The notes: generated by a model from the letters alone, not told the origin. Positions 1 to 7,111 are shown, counted from the stretch's first letter. The stretch: 17,686 nt of DNA from Anaerohalosphaeraceae bacterium (GCA_050309605.1 JBNRMN010000047.1:1-17686), one strand, 5' to 3'. Program-made: numbers and translations.

Positions 1-18
1 CGTTTTGTCAAAAATTTT
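1..18 (+). repeat. Left terminal inverted repeat of the IS
   Basis: cgttttgtcaaaaatttt; positions 6-18 are the perfect reverse complement of 1869-1881. Confidence 0.85.
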
Positions 19-86
19 TCCTATATTTATCTTAAAATCCCTTATATCAAAGGACTTACACCAGTTACTGTTTTTCCCTGTTTTTA

Positions 87-109
87 TTGACTAATTTGGA
101 TTTTTGGAA
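87..109 (+). repeat. Inner inverted repeat, left copy (pairs with 1640-1662)
   Basis: ttgactaatttggatttttggaa versus reverse complement of 1640-1662 ttgacaatttggattttttggaa: 22 aligned identities with one single-base gap in each copy. Confidence 0.8.
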
Positions 110-112
110 AAA

Positions 113-172
113 ATGTGTGGGCGTCGGTTTTAACTTTAAATGCACCAAGCAAATAAAGGAGAGCCCACACAT
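113..172 (+). promoter_or_regulatory. Start-codon-sequestering inverted repeat in the transposase leader
   Basis: atgtgtgggc (113-122) is the perfect reverse complement of gcccacacat (163-172), which covers the SD-ATG spacer and the AT of ATG 171. SD aaggag at 156-161. Confidence 0.65.
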
Positions 173-1637
173 GAAATCAAATCTTTCTCGTTTAATTAAA
201 TGGTTTTGTCGTCACCTTACTTTTAATGATCTCGCTTCCGCTGTCGTGGTTTTCCATGAGATACTCAGCGGTGTCCGTAAAGATATTGAACTAAAGCCTA
301 ATGAAAAACCGCCGCATTATCGTATCTTCCAAGTTGACCCGGTACCACCTTTGCCCGAGCCGCCGGCTGTTATTGTCAAGCCTGCCGAGTCTGACTGGCA
401 AAAGCTGTTAGATCAATACAAGCGTCAACACGGCAAAGACCTTAAACCGGTCAGACGCAGAAAAGGATCACCGCAATTACCGCCGGGCTGTCGCTGCGAG
501 CACTGTAATGCCCCGCGTAAATATCTTTATCTCAATAACGGCAAGCATGCCTCACAAGCACGATGTAAAATCTGTAGCAAGACAAGTCCTACACATCGCA
601 TCCGAAAACAAAGTTCAGCCAAATATTGGTGTCCGCATTGCGGCTCTGCGCTGAGTCAGTGGAAATCAAGCAGCATTTGCACCATTTACAAATGCCCACG
701 GTATAACTGTTCTCATTACCTCGATAAGCTTAAAAGCCTTACCGCCGAAGAGAAGAAACAACGCGAATTACAAAAGTATGATCCCAATTACAAGCTTCAT
801 TACCAGTACCGCGAGTTTCACTTATCACCACAGGACCTGAAAACACAGCGTCCCGAAGGCTGCTGCTCCAAAGTCGATTTAAATCGCATACACAACAATC
901 ACCATGTCGTGGGACTGGTGCTGACATTCACGATCAATCTCGGACTCAGCGCCAGATTGACTGAAAAGGCCTTAAAAGGCATATTCGGCATTCCCATTTC
1001 ACATCAGACGGTGATCAACTATGCGAATGCTGCGGCGGCTAAGTTAGCGCCGCTGGTCGACCGTCACAATCCGGCTCCGACAGCAACAGCGGCAGCTGAT
1101 GAAACTTACATTATCGTCAAGAACTGCTGGCATTATACATGGTTCATTATCGACTCGGTAACAAGGGCTATATGCGGCTATAACCTTTCAACCAATCGAG
1201 ATACGCAACCGGCGTTGGCGCTGCTTTATGACTGCTACGGTCAGCCCGAGCAAAACAGTAAAAAGTCCATGTTGATTACCGACGGAAACCCGGCTTATGA
1301 CACCGCCGTTATGGCATTCAATGCCGGGGCCGAAAACAAGCTTGAAAAGCATACCGTTATCGGCCTTGAGAACCTCGACACCGAAAGCAGTGAATATCGT
1401 TGTTTCAAGCAGCTCGTTGAACGCCTGAACAGGACCTATAAATTTCACACCAGACCCAGAGCCGGTTTCAAAAGCTTCGAAGGTGCTGTTGCACTGACCA
1501 CTCTGTTTGTCGCTTATTACAACTTTATGCGACCTCATTCGGCGATTGGAAACTCCGCTCCGGTTCAGCTTGACTGCCTCAAAGAGGTCACTCTCATGCC
1601 CCAGGCATGGGTGAAGTTTCTTGGGCAAGCTGCATAG
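171..1637 (+). CDS. DDE transposase (IS6/IS240-like catalytic domain) with N-terminal zinc-ribbon extension, 488 aa
   Basis: Catalytic motifs AAADETYI..HYTWFIID, LITDGNPAY and KQLVERLNRTYK; C-terminal YYNFMRPHSA; HTH-like GLSARLTEKAL..ISHQTVINY; Cys pairs CEHC, CKIC, CPHC and CPRYNC. ATG 171 (good SD) is preferred over the TTG at 87 in the ORF track. Confidence 0.9.
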   Translation: MKSNLSRLIKWFCRHLTFNDLASAVVVFHEILSGVRKDIELKPNEKPPHYRIFQVDPVPPLPEPPAVIVKPAESDWQKLLDQYKRQHGKDLKPVRRRKGSPQLPPGCRCEHCNAPRKYLYLNNGKHASQARCKICSKTSPTHRIRKQSSAKYWCPHCGSALSQWKSSSICTIYKCPRYNCSHYLDKLKSLTAEEKKQRELQKYDPNYKLHYQYREFHLSPQDLKTQRPEGCCSKVDLNRIHNNHHVVGLVLTFTINLGLSARLTEKALKGIFGIPISHQTVINYANAAAAKLAPLVDRHNPAPTATAAADETYIIVKNCWHYTWFIIDSVTRAICGYNLSTNRDTQPALALLYDCYGQPEQNSKKSMLITDGNPAYDTAVMAFNAGAENKLEKHTVIGLENLDTESSEYRCFKQLVERLNRTYKFHTRPRAGFKSFEGAVALTTLFVAYYNFMRPHSAIGNSAPVQLDCLKEVTLMPQAWVKFLGQAA

Positions 1638-1639
1638 CC

Positions 1640-1662
1640 TTCCAAAAAATCCAAATTGTCAA
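1640..1662 (-). repeat. Inner inverted repeat, right copy
   Basis: ttccaaaaaatccaaattgtcaa begins at 1640, just after the transposase stop codon (1635-1637), and is inverted relative to 87-109. Confidence 0.8.
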
Positions 1663-1668
1663 AGAGCA
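1656..1668 (-). promoter_or_regulatory. boxA-like antitermination motif, antisense to the transposase
   Basis: The minus strand reads TGCTCTTTGACAA(TTT), versus E. coli rrn boxA TGCTCTTTAACAA(TTT): one mismatch. Confidence 0.45.
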
Positions 1669-1700
1669 CAGTACCAACTATTCCATTCGTGAGTTTGCGA

Positions 1701-1819
1701 GCCGCATAATTTCACAGTTTGCCGAGAATGGGCCTTCCAAAAGCTCGTCGGAGGCAATACTGTTAAATTCTGCGGCGGTGAGATAAGGATAATCTTTGCG
1801 ATAAAAGAATATCCGTTAT
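1701..1819. ncRNA. Candidate structured non-coding RNA/DNA element in the IS 3' end (two long stem-loops)
   Basis: Stem 1: gccgcataatttcacagtttgcc (1701-1723) with ggcaatactgttaaattctgcggc (1753-1776), 21 pairs, 2 mismatches, 1 bulge. Stem 2: ataaggataatcttt (1783-1797) with aaagaatatccgttat (1804-1819). Transcription is not shown. Confidence 0.45.
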
Positions 1820-1868
1820 TCATATTCACACACAAAATTTAAGACGATACGATTTTTCATTCTTTCAT

Positions 1869-1886
1869 AAAATTTTTGACACTACC
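1869..1886 (-). repeat. Right terminal inverted repeat of the IS
   Basis: aaaatttttgacactacc; reads GGTAGTGTCAAAAATTTT inward, and a GG terminus is typical of IS6-family ends. Confidence 0.88.
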
Positions 1887-1992
1887 ACGAGCGGTATGAT
1901 ATAACCGAAATGCCGAGCAAATGCAATGGGACAGCGCTCGAAATTATCGCCGAGCCACTAAGCGGATCAGGGAGAGATTTTTCAACAGCCGA

Positions 1993-2157
1993 GCCGCGCT
2001 GTTGAGCGCGCTGGTGCGTTGCGTCATCGTACAATAGCCGAGCGGCGCAAGCCGCCGGATAATCTGGCGTCTTGGAAAAACGCCCCATCTATTCGCATCT
2101 CCTATCGGGTAGCTTGCGCTGCCGCGCTATTGCGCACGCTGGTGCGCCGCGCTGTTG
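1993..2157 (+). repeat. Dispersed 26-bp direct repeat (2 full copies plus 1 partial)
   Basis: gccgcgctgttgagcgcgctggtgcg (1993-2018) versus gccgcgctattgcgcacgctggtgcg (2121-2146): 23/26. Partial copy gccgcgctgttg at 2146-2157. Confidence 0.7.
2035..2061. repeat. REP-like palindrome with GCAA tetraloop
   Basis: tagccg-a-gcggc-GCAA-gccgc-cggata. Confidence 0.5.
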
Positions 2158-2163
2158 TTTGAC

Positions 2164-2225
2164 TCCCCTCCTTTTCAAGGAGGGGACGTCCTGCGTCAGC
2201 AGGACAGGGGTGGTTGCGTCACCCC
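2164..2225. repeat. REP-like triple-hairpin palindromic element
   Basis: tcccctcctt-ttc-aaggagggga (10-bp stem, 2164-2186); gtcctgc-gtca-gcaggac (7 bp, 2188-2205); ggggtg-gttgcgt-cacccc (2207-2225). Confidence 0.7.
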
Positions 2226-2346
2226 CGGTTCCGCAATAAAAAAATTCAGGATAACATTGTACCCGAAACCGGCCAAAAAGCAAATAAAACCCCCGACGGG
2301 CGATAATGATAAGTAAAATTCACCCCAATTCAAAATTGAATCTACC

Positions 2347-2368
2347 CTCAGTGTCCTCTGTGGTTAAA
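2347..2368 (-). repeat. Short dispersed repeat unit (AACCACAGAGGACACTGAG) immediately after the photolyase stop
   Basis: Minus strand tttaaccacagaggacactgag has an internal ~9-nt periodicity (cacagagga/cactgaggg). From recollection it resembles the repeats flanking GxxExxY-protein genes (not verified). Confidence 0.45.
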
Positions 2369-2370
2369 CT

Positions 2371-3732
2371 TCATCGCCCATCTGATAGCGTTTCGATCCG
2401 CCGGATATAGGCGGTTACATCGAACTTGCGTGCCAGTCCCGCGGTGTTCATATAGCGCACCTTTCCGAAGACGGCACGTTCGCCCCAGGCCCGGTCATGT
2501 TTGCCAAAGCACCAGGCCACCCCCGCATAGCCGTTCGGATCGCGCCCGTCCAGCTCGTATTTATTGTTCAGATACAGCGCCCATTCAAAGCCCTGCTGCG
2601 GCGTTGTTGTCCACTCCAGGATTTTCTTGCCCCAGTACATCCGCATATAATTGTGCATCTTGCCGGTGATGACCATTTCCCGCTGGGCGGCGTTCCAGGC
2701 GTCGTCGTGGGTTTGCGCAGTTTCCAGTTGCTCAAGAGAGTAAAGGTACTCCCGTTTGTCTTTGGCGTGATAATGTAATGTCCGCAGCGCCCACGGCGGC
2801 AGCGCCTTTTCAAAGTCGTCATACGCGGTGTTGTAATACACAAAATTATAGCTCAGCTCCCGCCGCACGATGAGTTCTTCAAGAAAAGCCGCTTTGCCGT
2901 CGGCATCGCTTTGCATTACCGCCAGCGCAATTGTCAACGGCGAAATCTGTCCAAAATGCAGATACGGACTCAGGTTGGATTGGCAGTCCAGCAGGGGGTC
3001 ATTGCGGTCTTTGTCGTAGCGAGCCAGTTTGCGTTGAATGAACGCATCGAGCCGTTTGTGTGCCTGCTCGGTTCCGCCGACAAAGACGGGACTGGCCAAA
3101 ACAGACGTGTCCAGCTTCAATCTGGCCGGCAGTCGGACGTCGTTCACATCGATGCGGCCGGGCGGCTTGACCGCAAGGGCGTTCTTGTGCAGGCGTTGCG
3201 CCCTGAGCGGTATCAAAAAACGATCCTGCTGCCGCGCGATCCGCGGCCGCAGCGTCCCGGCTGAAAAGTTTTCTTTGTCCGAGGCGGTCTCGATCGGCAC
3301 AATCAGATTCGTCGTGACCTCTTCCAGCAAGCAATCCACGGCCTGCGCCACGCGCGTTCGCCATGTGCGCTGACTACGCAAATACCCCTCATCGACCACG
3401 ACCGCATCGGCGCGTCGGGCCAGTTGAATAACGGTGCTATCCGGCTCGCCTTTGACGACGACAAAAGGGATTTTTCGTTTGGCCATCGCCCGTTCGGTCT
3501 GCCGCAATCCCTCAAGCATAAACGTATAATGCCGAAGATTCGCCTCAGGGAAATGGTCGGTTAGTGAAAAACAGACCAGTGCCGGCTTGCCGCGCTGATT
3601 GGCGATTTCAATCGTCCGCTCAAGGGCGTGGTTATCCTCGGCACGCTGAGCGGCCTGCATCCAGTACAGCACATAATCGCGCTGACGCAGGGGGTGATCA
3701 TTGAGCCGCTCTATGCGTTCCGGCTGAATCAT
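2371..3732 (-). CDS. phrB: Deoxyribodipyrimidine photolyase, class II CPD photolyase
   Basis: YVLYWMQAAQRAEDNHAL, SNLSPYLHFGQIS, FLEELIVRREL, GKMHNYMRMYWGKKILEW and LNNKYELDGRDPNGYAGVAWC are class II photolyase motifs. Confidence 0.95.
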   Translation of the reverse strand: MIQPERIERLNDHPLRQRDYVLYWMQAAQRAEDNHALERTIEIANQRGKPALVCFSLTDHFPEANLRHYTFMLEGLRQTERAMAKRKIPFVVVKGEPDSTVIQLARRADAVVVDEGYLRSQRTWRTRVAQAVDCLLEEVTTNLIVPIETASDKENFSAGTLRPRIARQQDRFLIPLRAQRLHKNALAVKPPGRIDVNDVRLPARLKLDTSVLASPVFVGGTEQAHKRLDAFIQRKLARYDKDRNDPLLDCQSNLSPYLHFGQISPLTIALAVMQSDADGKAAFLEELIVRRELSYNFVYYNTAYDDFEKALPPWALRTLHYHAKDKREYLYSLEQLETAQTHDDAWNAAQREMVITGKMHNYMRMYWGKKILEWTTTPQQGFEWALYLNNKYELDGRDPNGYAGVAWCFGKHDRAWGERAVFGKVRYMNTAGLARKFDVTAYIRRIETLSDGR

Positions 3733-6700
3733 TCAAAGGCCTTTGTACATCTTCCTGAATGAGTGTGATAACCGCTTGCTTATCGACCGGCGTCAAGGTG
3801 TTGTAGTCATTGATTTGCCAGTCGAACCGACACAGACTTTTGTAGTCGCACCAGCGGCACGGCGTGTCTTTGTTGAGTCGATAAGGCTTCGCAGCAATAA
3901 CGCCGGAACGAATCCGTTCGATTTGCCGGGCCATCAGCCGCTTGGCCCAACTGAGCAGTGCGTCAAATTCGTCCGGCCTGACCGCGCCGCTGCTGCCGTA
4001 AAAACTGTAAGGCGAGCCGTCGTTCGCAACGTAAAAATTATAAAATCGACTCCATTGACGGGCGGTTTTGTCCAGCGTCTCGGCATACGCGCCGTTAAAG
4101 ATCCCTCTGGCTTTATAGGGAAAGGTGTGCCGCTGTGTCTCGATCATATCCGGAGTCCGAGTAACCGCATTGTACTCAAACGGCAGATAAAACGCCCCGG
4201 CGATGACATCGGCCCGGATGTGTTCAGGCAGATACGGCACGGCCGGCAAATACGTCAAAAGCTGAATGTCCAGCCCGTAAAACAGTCTGGCCCAGGCAAT
4301 CGAACGCGGCGTTCGCTTAAAATCAAAGATTGCTGCGATCCTTTGCCCGTCAATCTCAGCCACATCCACCCGATCAATACGCCCTTTGATTCGGACGGTG
4401 CTGTCCAGAGGGAATTGAAATGACAGTTCCGCCGCCGTCTGTCGCAATGCGCCGGCCCGTTCCAGTTCGGCCAGCGCCGCCACAAACTGACGCACTGTCT
4501 CGCAGGCGCATTCAATGACATAGCGGTGGTGCATCTGACGCCGCATAAAGGCGGTCATTGTCGGACTCTGCTCGATGGTTTCCTGAATGATCTGATCGCA
4601 CAACGTTGCCAATGCTTCAGTCGGTGCACTCGCCCATGTCCAGCCGCGCTGCTGAAGCCGGCCGAACAGGGTTTCAATCACAGTATGATAAAAACTGCCC
4701 ACATCCACCGGCTCGAATCGCAGAAGCGGCCGCTTTTCCAATTCGAGGATATATGCGGCAAAATGCTGATACGGGCAGGCCGCGAAGGTCTCCAGCCGCG
4801 ATGCGGAAAATGCAGAAATGTGCTTAAATTGCCGCAGGGCCGATTCGCTCGTCAGTGCCGCGGCGTTGGTATAAGTCAGCGCGCCCATCACGTGTTCAGC
4901 CGCCGCTCGAATCGATTCGCACGACGACCGCAGCGCCGCATGCAGCGCAAAGGCCGCTCCATCGGTCGGGCCTTGCGGCGGACGGTCTTTGCCGCAGGCG
5001 GCCGCGAGTCGTTCGGCCAATTCCGCAACGCTTTGGCTTTCCAGTATTTTCATGTTGCTGTGCATCGCCCGTGGCCGGACGTCGGTAAACAAACGGCTGA
5101 GCCGCTCAACCCAGGTCGAGGGTACCACCGGCGCGCCTTTTTCGTCCTGTTGCGGATAACTGACGGCGATGTACTCCGACGCCCGCGTCAGGGCGATATA
5201 GGCCAGATAGTGGCGTTTGGAAAGCTGCTGCGTCAGCGGATCGGTCAATTCCAGCCCCCCACTCTGAGCCGCCTGCCGTTCACCTCGTCCCAGAAGATCC
5301 GTGGTCGATAGCGGGGTAGGAAACTGATGTTGGGCGGCGCCGACCAGAAACATCGCCCGAATATCGGGATGACGGCTGCGCTCAATCGAACCGACCAGCA
5401 CCTGATCCAGCGTCGGCGGAATCAGTTTGATCGTCAGCGACGACAGGGCATCGGCCAGCGTCGAGACAAACACCGCCGTCGGCTCCGGATGTCCGCCGAA
5501 TACCCGCTCCATTTCATCCAGCACCGCCGTCAACTGCGTCCACGTTTGCCGATGTCCCTGCGCATCGGTAGGGTCGTCCTGTGCCCATGTCGCCAGCCGC
5601 TTGCGGGCCTCGATCCGTTCCAGAAAATCCCACACCGCCCGCACAAACGCCGACGCCTCAAGCGGTTTGTCCTCGGCATACAGCGATTCGTGCAGAGCAG
5701 ACAGCGCCGCGGTGACCATCTGTCGAAGCGGTTCTGCCGCGGCGTCTTCAGCCGGTTCGTCAGCCGCGGCAAACCGCCACGGCATCGGCGCCGTCCAGTC
5801 TTCCCGTTCAATTCCGTATTTCAGACAGTACCGTTCCAGCCGGTCTATCTGCTCGTCCGCCACGCCGGTCAGGCCGCTTTTCAGATAGCATAGAATATCC
5901 GTCGTGGCAAACTGCTCGGCCGCCGCCAGGGCCGCCTGCAGGGTCTCGGCCAACGGATGATGCCGCACGGCCGCAGGGCGGTCCAGAAAACAGGGGATGC
6001 CGCAGCGTGCAAAGGCCGACTCCAGATAGACGCCATACGTATCCATGTCCGGCACGGCCACCGCAATCTGTCGGTAGCGATACCCCTGGTGGCGTACCAG
6101 TTCGCAAATTCGCCGCGCCGTCCATTCGGCCTCGCCGCGCACATCCGGACAGCAGACCACCTCCACGGCTCCATTGGCCGATGCCGGTTCGCTCGTGTCC
6201 GTCGCCAGCGCCGATTCAATGGATTCCAGCGCAGGCGCGTCAGCATAACGGGCGGGGCGGCTCAAAATCCTCGGCGCCAGGATGTCAAACCGGCATTTGC
6301 GAAAAATGCCCAGCAACTCTGCATAAGTCTGCTCGGTGGTGTAAAACAAATCCGCCGGATCAAGTGTCTCAGGGTCGGTGTTGTCCAAATCGAGTTTTGC
6401 CGGGTCCAGACACAACGCGATGTGCATCGTTTTGCAATGCCGCGCTATGTCAACCAGCATCTCGCGTTCCTGCACCGTAAAACCCGAAAAGCCGTCCACC
6501 CAGATCTGCGCCTCTTTGATAAACGGCGACGCGGCGATATCCCGCCGGGCAAGGGTCAATTCCGCGTCCGGGTTGCGCAATGCCTCTGATGTCTTGAAAA
6601 AAGCGGCATATTCTGAATAAATGATGGCAATATCCCGCCATTTTCGGGTTGTTGTGCCGCCGGGATTTTCTCTTTCAAGCTGCTCGGCCAGTGCGGCGAC

Positions 6701-7111
6701 TTGTTCAGGTGAGCAGTCGGCCTGCTGAAGTTCGGTCAGCAAGCCGCTGATCCGTTCGGCCAGCCCTGCATGACGGGCGGCGGTGCGGTACAGGCTCAGC
6801 CGTTCGGCCTGTTCCAGCAGGATGCGATAGGCAGCCATTTGCCGCCCCAGCCGCGACAGTTCCGCACCGGTTCGCAGCCGCCGACTGAGCCAGAATACCA
6901 GCCGATTAAACGACAGCACCCGCAGCCGACTGAACCCCGCCACGCCCGGTTGAGCCAGCACCGCCCGCTCCATTTGATAGGTCGCCTGTTCCGGCGTCAG
7001 CAGAACCAGCGGCGCATCGCCCCCGGCCCGCAGCGCATCAGCCGCCGCCTCGACACACCGCGTCGTCTTGCCCGTTCCGCTGCGCCCCAGAATAAAACGT
7101 ATTTGCCCCAT
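3698..7111 (-). CDS. addB: ATP-dependent helicase/nuclease subunit B (AddB)
   Basis: N-terminal FILGRSGTGKT Walker A, LLTPEQATYQME and VLSFNRL. C-terminal RecB-type nuclease FSASRLETFAACPY..KGRIDRVD..IFDFK with Fe-S ligands (C..CRWCDYKSLC). 1137 aa matches Bacillus-type AddB size. Confidence 0.92.
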   Translation of the reverse strand: MGQIRFILGRSGTGKTTRCVEAAADALRAGGDAPLVLLTPEQATYQMERAVLAQPGVAGFSRLRVLSFNRLVFWLSRRLRTGAELSRLGRQMAAYRILLEQAERLSLYRTAARHAGLAERISGLLTELQQADCSPEQVAALAEQLERENPGGTTTRKWRDIAIIYSEYAAFFKTSEALRNPDAELTLARRDIAASPFIKEAQIWVDGFSGFTVQEREMLVDIARHCKTMHIALCLDPAKLDLDNTDPETLDPADLFYTTEQTYAELLGIFRKCRFDILAPRILSRPARYADAPALESIESALATDTSEPASANGAVEVVCCPDVRGEAEWTARRICELVRHQGYRYRQIAVAVPDMDTYGVYLESAFARCGIPCFLDRPAAVRHHPLAETLQAALAAAEQFATTDILCYLKSGLTGVADEQIDRLERYCLKYGIEREDWTAPMPWRFAAADEPAEDAAAEPLRQMVTAALSALHESLYAEDKPLEASAFVRAVWDFLERIEARKRLATWAQDDPTDAQGHRQTWTQLTAVLDEMERVFGGHPEPTAVFVSTLADALSSLTIKLIPPTLDQVLVGSIERSRHPDIRAMFLVGAAQHQFPTPLSTTDLLGRGERQAAQSGGLELTDPLTQQLSKRHYLAYIALTRASEYIAVSYPQQDEKGAPVVPSTWVERLSRLFTDVRPRAMHSNMKILESQSVAELAERLAAACGKDRPPQGPTDGAAFALHAALRSSCESIRAAAEHVMGALTYTNAAALTSESALRQFKHISAFSASRLETFAACPYQHFAAYILELEKRPLLRFEPVDVGSFYHTVIETLFGRLQQRGWTWASAPTEALATLCDQIIQETIEQSPTMTAFMRRQMHHRYVIECACETVRQFVAALAELERAGALRQTAAELSFQFPLDSTVRIKGRIDRVDVAEIDGQRIAAIFDFKRTPRSIAWARLFYGLDIQLLTYLPAVPYLPEHIRADVIAGAFYLPFEYNAVTRTPDMIETQRHTFPYKARGIFNGAYAETLDKTARQWSRFYNFYVANDGSPYSFYGSSGAVRPDEFDALLSWAKRLMARQIERIRSGVIAAKPYRLNKDTPCRWCDYKSLCRFDWQINDYNTLTPVDKQAVITLIQEDVQRPLNDSAGTHRAAQ

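Larger units (their letters stand above)
1..1886 (+). mobile_element. Insertion sequence, IS6/IS240-like DDE type with long transposase
   Basis: Left end 1-18 cgttttgtcaaaaatttt versus reverse complement of right end 1869-1886 ggtagtgtcaaaaatttt: 15/18 identical, inner 13 bp perfect. Encloses a single DDE transposase ORF and is visibly more AT-rich than the flanking genes. A target-site duplication cannot be assessed because the left flank is outside the window. Confidence 0.88.

Noticed and set aside
87..170. 28-codon N-terminal extension of the transposase from TTG 87
   Set aside because: No SD before 87, and the TTG is part of a -35-like/inner-IR motif. ATG 171 has a strong SD and a dedicated sequestering hairpin.
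1709..1768. Integron attC-like reading of stem-loop 1 (ATTTCAC ... GTTAAAT)
   Set aside because: The left box is not RYYYAAC, the spacers are paired rather than forming the unpaired central spacer, pairing extends beyond the R boxes, and there is no integrase or cassette array.
1659..1823. 54-codon minus-strand ORF (MNNGYSFIAK...WYCAL) in the IS 3' end
   Set aside because: No SD and no recognisable motif; it coincides with the hairpins, so the region is better explained as non-coding.
1993..2157. Possible mini-CRISPR array
   Set aside because: Only two degenerate 26-bp copies about 100 nt apart plus an abutting partial copy; spacing is irregular and no cas genes are present.
2164..2225. tRNA-like cloverleaf
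   Set aside because: Three hairpins, but no closing acceptor stem, no T-loop (TTCGA) or D-loop motifs, and no 7-nt anticodon arm of the right geometry.
1882..2283. Short ORFs of 68 and 64 aa on the minus strand
   Set aside because: They run through palindromic repeats and show no protein-like features.
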